64,000 bases of DNA, taken from the NCBI GenBank assembly GCA_034927595.1, contig JAYFPQ010000017.1:100544-164543 (forward strand), given 5' to 3'. Numbering within the stretch: position 1 is the stretch's first letter; every line of letters begins with the position of its first letter. Source of the stretch: Christensenella sp. (GTDB lineage: Bacteria; Bacillota; Clostridia; Christensenellales; CAG-138). A program made the translations under genes and the position numbers. The notes below the pieces were generated by a model. It worked only from the letters and a program-made list of their open reading frames with translations, ran no database searches and was not told the origin of the DNA. Below, in pieces: positions 8,085-16,979 of the stretch.

Positions 8085-8556
8085 TACAACAAAAAGCGCA
8101 TAGTCGTACGGTGTCGACCGCGATTACACCCTTGCCGTCGGACGGATTGCTTCGTATCGCGGCGATATTCCAACCATACGGAAAGCATTTCTTGACTTTC
8201 AAAACAAACAAATAGAAATACAAAACCGAAACCAAGATCACACGTATTTTTGTAAGACCAACTGAGAAGCAACAGCAACAGTTTCAACAAGTTCATCCGC
8301 AGCAATCATTTGTGTTTGTATTTTGCTTCAACAATTGAGATGCACAGGCAGTTTTTCAGTGATCGCAACAAATGAAGGAGGATTTGGAGAAGAAGGAGTC
8401 GTAGCAGGTTCGGTTTGAGAGGAGAAAACCCGCCGCTCTTCCAACACGAAGAATTCACAGGGTGGATTCGGCATGACGGGTAAGTCTGTGTCTGGGCAAT
8501 CCAGAGCACTCGAAGAAACAAACTCGAAGGAAACAAATAAAAAGAGGGAGTAAGCA

Positions 8557-10500
8557 ATGGAGACGCAAAAGAAAAAGAAGCTGTCCTCCGGCATGTGGCT
8601 CGTGATCGTAGCCGTATTCCTGCTGGTCAGCATGGTGGGAACCAATTTGGTGAGCAACGGCGCTGGCAAGGTGCAGGTAACCACCTACACGGAGCCGCTG
8701 AGCGACCTGGCAAATCAGGTGAAGGCAAATGCAGAAGCCACGGGAAGAACCGTAGATGTTCTGTTCGATGGAAACGACAGCGCACAGATCTGCTTCTCGG
8801 TCTATCGCCCGCAGAACGCAACCGCTGAGGCCCCGGCACCCTGCGTTGTTGGCGCGCATGGCTGGAACAACTCGAAGGAAATGCAGTATTCGAATTTCAC
8901 CGAGCTTGCACGCCGCGGCTTTGTGGTGATTGCGCTGGATCTTGCCGGGCACGGCCGGTCCGACGTAGCGGTCAGCCAGTACACGAAGGATACGGAAGGC
9001 TTGCTGGCGGTCGTAGAGTACGCGATGAGCCTCGATTTTGTCGATATCAACAAGGTCGGCCTGACCGGGCACAGCGCGGGCGATCTCGACTGCTCCAATA
9101 CGATTAAGCTGATCAACGTGGAAGGCTCCAACAACCATATCTCTTCGTGGTTCTGCTCCTCCGGCACGCTGGGTGCCATGTTCCTGACGCCGGAATTTAC
9201 GAAGAACATGATCTGGGGACTCTCCGCCGGTAAATACGACGAACTCGACACCATCTTCTTCAGCACCAGCCATTTTCTGGATACACCGGGCGCAATCTCC
9301 ATGGTGCAGCGCATGTATCCGGCCTTTGCTGGAACGGAAGTGACGGAAGGGCAGTGGTATGGACCGGACGGCCCGCTGGACACACCGGCACCGGGCGCAG
9401 CGCTGGGCGTGACGGATGCGTTCGCCATCTGGAATCCCGCGTACACCCATCCGCAGGGCGTGTTCCACACGGAAGCAACCAAGCTTTCAATCGACTTCTT
9501 CTATGCGGCGTATGGCACGCCGACGGGCAGCACTTACATTCCTTCGGACAACCAGATTTGGACGTTGGGCGCCGTGTTCCAGGCCATCGGACTCGTCGCG
9601 TTCTTCGCATTGGTTCTGGTTCTCGCCGGACTGCTGCTGAAAACGCCTCTCTTTAAGGACCTGAACCGCAGCGTCGCGAAGCAGGAATCCCTGCCCGCGT
9701 TCAAGAGTGGCAAGGAATGGATTCCGTTGGTGCTGACGTTTGTTCCGCTGATGCTGTTTACGGTGTTTACGTACTTCCCCTGCTACAATGCCGGAAGCAA
9801 ACTCTTCGACAGCGCGACCTATGGCGCACCAACCGTCAACGGCGTTGCCTGGTGGACGCTCTGCGCGGGATTGTTCTATCTGGTTATGATCGGGGTCAAC
9901 AGCCTGCTGCGTAAGGCGTTCTATAAAGGCGATGCGATTGCCGGTTCGTTCGCTCCGGCTCGTCTGGACGGAATCGGCCACTTCCTCAAGACGCTCGGAT
10001 TTGCCGCGGCCGTCGTTGCGCTCGCGTATATTCCCTGCTACATCGCGTATTATGCCTTTGGCATGAACTTTGGCATTGCGGTCTACGTCGTCGGTGCGCC
10101 GCGCGCAAACTGGCTGCCGGACATCCTGCTTCGGTATTTGCCGATCTGGGTCGTGTTTATGGTGCCCAACGCGATTTTGAACGTAAACACGCGCTTCCGG
10201 GACATTCCGGAATGGGCGTCCACGCTGTTCTGCGTGCTGGCAAACCTGCTGCCAATCGGCATTCTGACCTGGGTGAACTATGCAACCCTCGTCAACACCG
10301 GCGTATTGATGTTCCCGTATGGTGATCCGAGCATTATGGCGTTCAACCTCTTTGCTCCGATGATCTTTATTGGAATCAGCAGCCGCTACATCTATAAGAA
10401 GACGGGCAACGTCTGGGCGGCGGGCATGATCAACGCCGGCGTAGTCGCCACGATGGCGGTGGCAATCACGCGCCATACCATCGACTTCATGTTCCATTAA
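8557..10500 (+). CDS. Signal-anchored serine alpha/beta-hydrolase fused to a C-terminal ~8-TM domain (paralog A)
   Basis: 647 aa. N-terminal TM WLVIVAVFLLVSMVG, hydrolase core with HGWNNSK..FVVIALDLAGHGRS and nucleophile elbow GLTGHSAGD. The C-terminal half consists of hydrophobic helices ending in YIYKKTGNVW. Paralog of 11291..13432. Confidence 0.7.
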   Translation: METQKKKKLSSGMWLVIVAVFLLVSMVGTNLVSNGAGKVQVTTYTEPLSDLANQVKANAEATGRTVDVLFDGNDSAQICFSVYRPQNATAEAPAPCVVGAHGWNNSKEMQYSNFTELARRGFVVIALDLAGHGRSDVAVSQYTKDTEGLLAVVEYAMSLDFVDINKVGLTGHSAGDLDCSNTIKLINVEGSNNHISSWFCSSGTLGAMFLTPEFTKNMIWGLSAGKYDELDTIFFSTSHFLDTPGAISMVQRMYPAFAGTEVTEGQWYGPDGPLDTPAPGAALGVTDAFAIWNPAYTHPQGVFHTEATKLSIDFFYAAYGTPTGSTYIPSDNQIWTLGAVFQAIGLVAFFALVLVLAGLLLKTPLFKDLNRSVAKQESLPAFKSGKEWIPLVLTFVPLMLFTVFTYFPCYNAGSKLFDSATYGAPTVNGVAWWTLCAGLFYLVMIGVNSLLRKAFYKGDAIAGSFAPARLDGIGHFLKTLGFAAAVVALAYIPCYIAYYAFGMNFGIAVYVVGAPRANWLPDILLRYLPIWVVFMVPNAILNVNTRFRDIPEWASTLFCVLANLLPIGILTWVNYATLVNTGVLMFPYGDPSIMAFNLFAPMIFIGISSRYIYKKTGNVWAAGMINAGVVATMAVAITRHTIDFMFH

Positions 10501-10553
10501 GATTCCATTCAGCATTCCATACCTCCCCCAGGTAACACATACCGGAATGAGTG

Positions 10554-10595
10554 CAATCGCGGCAAGAGCAATCTTGCCGCGATTGTACTTTTCTT
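10554..10595 (+). terminator. Intrinsic terminator after hydrolase-fusion gene A
   Basis: Perfect 13-bp stem CAATCGCGGCAAG / CTTGCCGCGATTG, loop AGCAAT, followed by TACTTTTCTT. Confidence 0.8.
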
Positions 10596-10764
10596 GTCTA
10601 TATTTCGAAGTAAAACGGGTACCCGATCAAACGATTTTGAACAACTCTATCACCAGAAGAAACGTTTTGACCATAAATTCAATACAAATCATACAATATC
10701 TTAAGAATATGTATTGAAACGCATGTAAAAGTACAAAAATATTACGATATGTATTAAACAAGTA

Positions 10765-10794
10765 TTGACAAAATGAAAACATTGTGGCTAATAT
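10765..10794 (+). promoter_or_regulatory. Putative sigma-A promoter of the PepSY / hydrolase-fusion B unit
   Basis: TTGACA (10765-10770), 18-nt spacer, TAATAT (10789-10794). Shares ACGATATGTAT-N7-GTATTGACAA with the promoter at 8055 at identical spacing. Confidence 0.45.
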
Positions 10795-10961
10795 AATAAC
10801 AAATCATATCCAATTTGCGGCATTTTCCGCCAGACTGTACTTCTAGCCCGATTTCACGGGGTAAGAGCCATCGAAACGGTCATTCGACAAGGCGATCCGC
10901 ATCTTTTGGTTCGATTCACCGGTAAAAATTCAAAAACAGATTCAGAAAGGAGGGATACTTC

Positions 10962-11231
10962 TTGAAAAAAGCGTTGATTTGCGTCATCGTCCTCGTTCTG
11001 CTGTTTGCGGTTGTCGGCTGCGGCACCATTTCGGGCGAAAAGGCGATCAGCATTGCGTTGGCAGATCTGGGGATTGACCGCGTTGGGACAGCGAGTAATA
11101 AAGCGATTCTCAACAAGGACGACGATCCGATGACCTACAAAGTCATTCTCAACATGAATTCGTATTATGAGAACTACATCATTAACGCGAAGACCGGGGA
11201 AATCATCTCGCACGAAACCGTCGGCAACTAA
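10962..11231 (+). CDS. Small lipoprotein with PepSY-like domain
   Basis: 89 aa, TTG start behind AAAGGAGGG. Signal peptide with lipobox LFAVVGC. ISIALADLGI..MTYKVILN..YYENYIINAKTGEIIS resembles the PepSY fold pattern. Confidence 0.6.
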   Translation: MKKALICVIVLVLLFAVVGCGTISGEKAISIALADLGIDRVGTASNKAILNKDDDPMTYKVILNMNSYYENYIINAKTGEIISHETVGN

Positions 11232-11290
11232 ACCTTGCTTGCACAGGAATCAACGGAACACACAAATAATTAGGGGGTAATCAGGATTCC

Positions 11291-13432
11291 ATGGAAACGA
11301 AGAAATTCACCTTTAAGACCGCAGAGGGCAGCTGGCGCCTGTTAGGGCTGTTCCTCGCGATCGTGCTGCTTTGCAGCATCGTCTCCCAGCTGATCATTAC
11401 GCAGGGATACAAAATTCAGATCAGCACCGTCAACTACGAAGTTCGCGGCGCGGAGCTGAACTTTGAGCTCTACAAGCCAACGACCGCCTCCAGCGCGGAG
11501 AAACTCCCCTGCGTCATTCTGTCGCACGGCGGCTCGGAGAGCCTCGCTGCAAACAGCCTGAACGCCTGGGAACTTGCCAAGCGCGGCTTCGTCGTCATGA
11601 ACGTCAGCATGTATAGCTGCGGTCTCTCCGGTCAGCCGGCCATCAACGACGGTGGCACGAACGAAGAGAACTACTTCCGCGGCGGCACGCAGGGCATGTA
11701 CGACGCGCTGCAGTATGCGCGCTCCATCGCGTATGTCGACCCGGCTCGAATCGCCTTCTGGGGCCATTCCGCGGGCTACATCTGCGAAACAGCCGCTATC
11801 ATTCAGGACGGCGAATGCCTGACCCTGAACGATCGCCTGCTCAACGTGCTGTATGACGAATTCGGCGTACAGATCACCGAAGCGCAGCTGACGGAAAATG
11901 CGGACGACATCGCCGCAGCCCAGCTCAGCCCCGATCAGCTCGCGGTTTACAACTACCGCAAGGCAGAAGTCCAGAAGATCGTGGACGGCTACGTCAAGGG
12001 CGCGAGAATCATTGAGTTCCTTGCGGAAGCGAAAGTAACCGTTGCCGGCCACGAAGTCGTCCGCAACCCGCAGACCAACTTCATGGTATCCGTTGGTTCC
12101 CATGAGGACAACGGCACCTATTACAACGGCGAAACCGATCAGTACAAGTCGATCTTCCACACCGGCACCGCCAATGTGGAGCGCAACACCTGGTACAACA
12201 CCGCCGACTACACCATGGACCCCACCGCAACCTCGACGGCGATTGGCACTCTGTTTGATACCAGAGTGGACAACAGCGAAGCGCTCGCGACCGCGATTCA
12301 GAACGGCACCGCGCGCATCTTCAACAACCCCGAGACGTTCCACAACGGCATGCTCTGGGACGGCCGTGCCATCAGCACGACGGTTGAGTTCTACACCCAG
12401 GTGCTCGGTTACAACAATGGCAACATCGGCGAGAACGCGGCAACCGCGATTGACAGCAAGGATCTTTCCAGCAGCTACATCGCGCTTGGCTTCACGACCG
12501 TGGCGTTCCTCTCGATGATTGCCGCTCTCGTTGCGCTGACCGCGATTCTGCTCAAGACCAAGTTCTTTGCCGGTACGGTTCTGGCGCCCTATACGCCGAA
12601 ACTCTCCACCAAGGAAACCGGGTTCTACATTGCAGCCGTGTTCGCCTTCATTGCGGCGTTCCTCGGCGTCTGGTTCAACTCGATGGCCGACCTGTCCTTC
12701 TCGCTCTCGAACGCGACGACCACCAAGTGGCTGCCATGGGAACCGGGCCAGATGCGTACCTTCATGATGGTCATCGGCACGGCGATTCCGGGCCTCATCC
12801 TGTTCCTTGTGCTCGGTCTCATGACGCGCAAGAAGAACAGCGAGACGCTCGCAAAGATCTCCGACGTACATGTGGGCTGCGGCTGGAAGACCTTCTTCAA
12901 GACCTGCCTGCTCGCGCTCATCCTGTTCTCGACGTTCTACATTGCCGCGGCGTTCATCAAGGAGTTCTTTAACGCTCGCTTCCTCGTTGCGGACGGAACC
13001 TTTGAGATGATGAAGCCCTACGGCTTTATGAGAGTCTTCAAGTACGCCCTGATCATGTTGCCGTTTACGCTCATCATCAGCACCCTGAACAACATGTGGT
13101 CGCTGAAGAACGTGTCGGATTCGAAGGATACGCTCATCAACGTGATCGTAACCTCGCTGGGCGCCGAGGTCCTGATTCTGATCTCGATCCTCGTCACCTA
13201 CTCCACGCCGCAGGCGGCTGTGCTGTTCAACCTCCACACGCTGCTGCCGATCATCATCTACGCGCCGGTACTCAACTACATCTATCGCAAGATGTACAAA
13301 CTCACCGGCAACGTCTGGCTCGGCGCCATGATGGTTGCGCTCATCCTCGGCTGGAGACTTTCCTCGTATATCTCGCACCAGTTCATTTACTGGGGCCCGA
13401 ACGAACTCTCCGCCTTCTGGGGCATCTATTAA
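11291..13432 (+). CDS. Signal-anchored serine alpha/beta-hydrolase fused to a C-terminal ~8-TM domain (paralog B)
   Basis: 713 aa. N-terminal TM LLGLFLAIVLLCSIVSQLII, PCVILSHGGSES..RGFVVMNVSMY, nucleophile elbow FWGHSAGY. The C-terminal multi-TM region ends in YIYRKMYKLTGNVW. Confidence 0.7.
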   Translation: METKKFTFKTAEGSWRLLGLFLAIVLLCSIVSQLIITQGYKIQISTVNYEVRGAELNFELYKPTTASSAEKLPCVILSHGGSESLAANSLNAWELAKRGFVVMNVSMYSCGLSGQPAINDGGTNEENYFRGGTQGMYDALQYARSIAYVDPARIAFWGHSAGYICETAAIIQDGECLTLNDRLLNVLYDEFGVQITEAQLTENADDIAAAQLSPDQLAVYNYRKAEVQKIVDGYVKGARIIEFLAEAKVTVAGHEVVRNPQTNFMVSVGSHEDNGTYYNGETDQYKSIFHTGTANVERNTWYNTADYTMDPTATSTAIGTLFDTRVDNSEALATAIQNGTARIFNNPETFHNGMLWDGRAISTTVEFYTQVLGYNNGNIGENAATAIDSKDLSSSYIALGFTTVAFLSMIAALVALTAILLKTKFFAGTVLAPYTPKLSTKETGFYIAAVFAFIAAFLGVWFNSMADLSFSLSNATTTKWLPWEPGQMRTFMMVIGTAIPGLILFLVLGLMTRKKNSETLAKISDVHVGCGWKTFFKTCLLALILFSTFYIAAAFIKEFFNARFLVADGTFEMMKPYGFMRVFKYALIMLPFTLIISTLNNMWSLKNVSDSKDTLINVIVTSLGAEVLILISILVTYSTPQAAVLFNLHTLLPIIIYAPVLNYIYRKMYKLTGNVWLGAMMVALILGWRLSSYISHQFIYWGPNELSAFWGIY

Positions 13433-13476
13433 TCCGGGTAAGATTCAAAACCGCATCATACCTGGCTGGGCACGCA

Positions 13477-13512
13477 GGGGGGAGTCGACCGCGCGGTCGG
13501 CTCCCCTTTTCC
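13477..13512 (+). terminator. Intrinsic terminator after hydrolase-fusion gene B
   Basis: GGGGAGTCGACC-GCGC-GGTCGGCTCCCC (12-bp stem with one G-U pair) followed by TTTTCCTT. Confidence 0.8.
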
Positions 13513-13830
13513 TTAAAAACGAAATACCAATGGAACCCTGTTTTACCGAAACGAACGAATCCAAGATCACGCAGCATCCCAACCATACTAAATAAGTGGT
13601 GTTCTTAGACACCAAGACAATGATTGACAATGGCAGAAAGCAGCGCGCGTTCGGACAAAAGGCACAAGCATCCGAAGGGACAGAATAGAGAAACGTCCAT
13701 TTGTCCGCGCGCGATGAAACGATAAAGAGTCCCGCCGCCGGACGGACGGCAAGAAGAACTAAGTAAGATACATTATTTACAGATAAACCGAAATTTACAC
13801 AGGAAGGGATCGGCGGAAAGCCGCTGAACA

Positions 13831-15330
13831 GTGAAACCGTACATGAGCAACAGCAAGAGAAAAATCAACGAGCGCGAATTCTGGTTTGTTGTGGGTTCGC
13901 AGATGCTATACGGGGAGGCGGTGCTTCGCACCGTTGAGCAGCGCGCACAGGAGATGGCGCGCGAAATGTCGAAGTCTCTGCCCTGCAAACTTGTTTATAA
14001 AACCACCGTCAAGGATGCGGACGAAGCCACGCGCATCATGAAGGAAGCAAACGCCGCTGACGAATGCTGTGGCGTCGTCACCTGGTGCCATACGTTCTCG
14101 CCCTCGAAGATGTGGATTGAGGGTATGCGCCTGCTGCAAAAACCGCTTTGCCATTTTGCGACGCAGTACAATCGAACGATTCCGGACAACGAGATCGACA
14201 TGGACTTTATGAACCTCAATCAATCCGCCCATGGCGACCGCGAGCACGGTTTCTTAACCGCGCGGATGCGCCTGCCGCGCAAGGTGATTATGGGATACTG
14301 GCAGGACGAAGCGCCGCTGCGCGAGCTGGGCGAATGGATGCGCGCCGCGGTCGGCACGAGCTTTAGCCGGAGTTTAAAGATCATGCGCTTTGGCGACAAC
14401 ATGCGCGACGTAGCCGTCACCGAGGGCGACAAGGTAGAGGCGCAGATCAAGCTCGGCTGGAGCGTCAACACCTGGCCGGTTGGAACGCTCGTGGAGGAGA
14501 TGTCGAAAGTAACGGAGGCGGAGATCGACGCAAAGCTGGCGGAGTATCGCGCGCGCTATGACATCGCCACCGACGACCTCACGTCCGTTCGCTATCAGGC
14601 GCTCGAAGAGGTCGCAATGCGCCGCATCTTTGAACGCGAGCGGATAGGTGCGTTTTCAAACACCTTTCAGGATCTCTATGGCATGAAACAGCTGCCGGGG
14701 CTCGCGAGCCAGAATCTGATGGCAGATCGCTATGGTTACGGCGGCGAGGGCGACTGGAAGGTCTCCGGCATGACCGCCGTCATTCTTGCGATGACGGAAG
14801 GCATGAGCGGCGGCAGCACGTTTATTGAGGACTACACCTATCATCTGGAGCAGGGCAACGAATATTCGCTCGGCGCGCATATGCTGGAGGTCGGCCCCGG
14901 GATTGCGGCACAGCGCCCGCGCATCGAGGTGCACCCGCTTGGCAGTGGCGACCGGGAACCTCCCGCGCGGCTCGTGTTTGAAGGCAAGCCCGGCAAGGCG
15001 ATTGTTGTCACGCTGGTCGACATGGGCGGGCGGATGCGGATGATCCTGCAGGACATCGAGTGCGTCAAGCCGATCTATGCCATGCGCAACCTGCCGGTGG
15101 CGCGCGTCATGTGGAAGGTGCTGCCGGACCTGTATGCGGGCACGAAGATGTGGATTCTCGCGGGCGGCGCACACCACAGCGTGCTTTCGTACGACGCAAC
15201 GGCAGAGATGCTGATCGATTTTGCGGAGATGAACGAAATCGAGCTGGTGCACATTACGAAGGATTCGACGGTGGAAGCATTCAAGCAGCAGCTCTTCCTG
15301 AACGACCTCGCCTGGAAGTTGAAGTCCTAA
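13831..15330 (+). CDS. araA: L-arabinose isomerase
   Basis: 499 aa with EFWFVVGSQMLYG, VVTWCHTFSPSKMWI and NLNQSAHGDREHGF, all AraA hallmarks. The start may instead be ATG 13843. Confidence 0.95.
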   Translation: MKPYMSNSKRKINEREFWFVVGSQMLYGEAVLRTVEQRAQEMAREMSKSLPCKLVYKTTVKDADEATRIMKEANAADECCGVVTWCHTFSPSKMWIEGMRLLQKPLCHFATQYNRTIPDNEIDMDFMNLNQSAHGDREHGFLTARMRLPRKVIMGYWQDEAPLRELGEWMRAAVGTSFSRSLKIMRFGDNMRDVAVTEGDKVEAQIKLGWSVNTWPVGTLVEEMSKVTEAEIDAKLAEYRARYDIATDDLTSVRYQALEEVAMRRIFERERIGAFSNTFQDLYGMKQLPGLASQNLMADRYGYGGEGDWKVSGMTAVILAMTEGMSGGSTFIEDYTYHLEQGNEYSLGAHMLEVGPGIAAQRPRIEVHPLGSGDREPPARLVFEGKPGKAIVVTLVDMGGRMRMILQDIECVKPIYAMRNLPVARVMWKVLPDLYAGTKMWILAGGAHHSVLSYDATAEMLIDFAEMNEIELVHITKDSTVEAFKQQLFLNDLAWKLKS

Positions 15331-15374
15331 AGAACGAGAAGAATTGACTGACAAACAACCTGAGGGTAATAGAA

Positions 15375-16067
15375 ATGCTGGAAGAATTAAAACTTATAGT
15401 CTGCGAAGCGAACTGCCAGCTGCCCAAGCACGGGCTGGTGGCCTTCACCTGGGGCAACGTCTCCGGCGTTGACCGCGCGAGCGGCCTCATGGTGATCAAA
15501 CCCAGCGGGGTGGAATACGAAGACCTTTCGCCGGAGCACATGGTCGTGGTAGAACTCGCGACCGGCAAGGTTGTGGAAGGGAAGCTGCGTCCCTCTTCGG
15601 ACACGGACACGCACCTCGAGCTCTACCGCAAGTTCCCCGAAATTGGCGGCATCGTCCATACGCATAGCCAATGGGCGACGACGTTTGCGCAGAGCCGAAT
15701 GGGCATTCCCGCGTTCGGAACGACGCACGCGGACTATTTTTACGGCGAAGTCCCCTGCACCCGCGAGATGACCAAGGCGGAGATCGGCGGAAGCTACGAG
15801 CTTGAAACCGGCAAGGTCATCGTGGAGACGTTCGCAGACAAAAACCCAATGGAGATTCCCGCCGTGCTCGTCTGCAACCACGGCCCGTTTACCTGGGGAA
15901 CCAGCCCGGACGACGCGGTTTATCACGCGGTCGTGCTGGAAGAGTGCGCCAAGATGGCCTGGCAGAACCTGCTGTACAATCCGGCGCAGCAGCCGATTTC
16001 GCAGGAACTACTGGACAAGCACTTTCTGCGCAAGCACGGCAAGAACGCCTACTACGGGCAAAAATAG
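15375..16067 (+). CDS. araD: L-ribulose-5-phosphate 4-epimerase
   Basis: 230 aa, class II aldolase/adducin fold. [21 protein letters not shown] and [10 protein letters not shown] match AraD. Confidence 0.93.
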   Translation: MLEELKLIVCEANCQLPKHGLVAFTWGNVSGVDRASGLMVIKPSGVEYEDLSPEHMVVVELATGKVVEGKLRPSSDTDTHLELYRKFPEIGGIVHTHSQWATTFAQSRMGIPAFGTTHADYFYGEVPCTREMTKAEIGGSYELETGKVIVETFADKNPMEIPAVLVCNHGPFTWGTSPDDAVYHAVVLEECAKMAWQNLLYNPAQQPISQELLDKHFLRKHGKNAYYGQK

Positions 16068-16118
16068 CGCGAATACCGAAGAAGAACTTGACGCAAAACA
16101 GGAAATCAGGGAAACAAC

Positions 16119-16979
16119 ATGTTAGGTAACCATCTGCTCGGCATCTACGAAAAAGCGCTGCCGGCCGATCTCTCCTGGAAGGAGCGGTTGACCGCTGCCA
16201 AACAGATGGGCTTTGACTTTGTCGAAATTTCGATTGACGAGGCGGACGAGCGGCTCGCGCGGCTCAACTGGAACCACGAAGAACGCAAAGCCTTGTCCGA
16301 GGCAATTGAGGAGACCGGCGTCCGGCTGAACAGCATGTGCCTCAGCGCGCACCGCCGCTTTCCCTTTGGCAGCAAGAGCGCTGCAACGCGGGAACATGCG
16401 AGAATTATTGCCGAACAGGCGATTTCGTTTGCGGTTGAATTTGGCATTCGCGTGATTCAGGTGGCGGGGTACGACGTGTACTACGAACCGTCCGACGCGC
16501 AAACCCGCGCGTATTTTCTGGAAGGGCTGCGAGCGTTTTCGCAAATGGCGGACCGCGAGCAGGTTATGCTCGCGGTCGAGATTATGGACACGGACTACAT
16601 CAGCAGCATCGGCGCGTATCAGGCGCTCAAGGCGGCGATTCCCTCCCCGTGGCTGAACGTGTATCCGGACTTGGGGAACCTGTCCGCCTGGAACAAAAAC
16701 GTACTGGAGCAGCTTGAGCAGGCAAGGCGCGAGATCGTCGCCGTGCACATCAAGGAAACGATCGCGCCCGCGCCCGGGTTCTCTGGGCAGTTCAAGTGCG
16801 TTCCATTCGGAACGGGCTGCGTCGATTTTTCCGCCGCGTTCGGTAAGCTGGAAACGCTCGGCTATCAAGGCCCCTATTTAATCGAAATGTGGCATCAACC
16901 GGGGGAAGACCCGAACAGATCGATATCCTCCGCGCTGGAGTTTGTACAGGCACAGTATGAACAGGGGGTTCGCGCATGA
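16119..16979 (+). CDS. ulaE: L-ribulose-5-phosphate 3-epimerase (UlaE/SgbU family)
   Basis: 286 aa. LGIYEKALPADLSWKERL..GFDFVEISIDE..ERLARLNW..SMCLSAHRRFPFGS..IRVIQVAGYDVYYE..YPDLGNLSAW..PYLIEMW is near-collinear with E. coli UlaE. Confidence 0.92.
   Translation: MLGNHLLGIYEKALPADLSWKERLTAAKQMGFDFVEISIDEADERLARLNWNHEERKALSEAIEETGVRLNSMCLSAHRRFPFGSKSAATREHARIIAEQAISFAVEFGIRVIQVAGYDVYYEPSDAQTRAYFLEGLRAFSQMADREQVMLAVEIMDTDYISSIGAYQALKAAIPSPWLNVYPDLGNLSAWNKNVLEQLEQARREIVAVHIKETIAPAPGFSGQFKCVPFGTGCVDFSAAFGKLETLGYQGPYLIEMWHQPGEDPNRSISSALEFVQAQYEQGVRA

Noticed and set aside
7901-8305. Small ORFs (104, 92 and 73 aa) inside the AT-rich region upstream of hydrolase gene A.
   Set aside because: They overlap one another on both strands in AT-rich DNA and give Lys/Phe/Asn/Leu-rich low-complexity products with no SD. 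The region is better explained as promoter plus leader.
10492-10520. TTCCAT repeated three times (periods 11 and 12 nt) across the stop codon of hydrolase gene A, superficially a fourth echo repeat.
   Set aside because: Only a hexamer is shared, which is too short to distinguish from chance.
11342-13378. 678-aa minus-strand ORF, the longest antisense ORF in the track, and similar ones at 23596..25605(-), 33450..35045(-), 3248..4618(-), 40066..41427(-), 50847..52274(-), 55025..56401(+) and 6695..7858(+).
   Set aside because: Each exactly shadows a well-supported gene on the other strand. The translations are Arg/Gly/His/Val-rich low-complexity sequence with no family motifs or SD. Stop-poor antisense frames are expected in GC-rich coding DNA.
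13513-13830. Canonical AraR operator upstream of araA.
   Set aside because: Only a half-site-like ATTTGTCCG (13699-13707) is visible, with no palindromic partner, so no operator feature is called.
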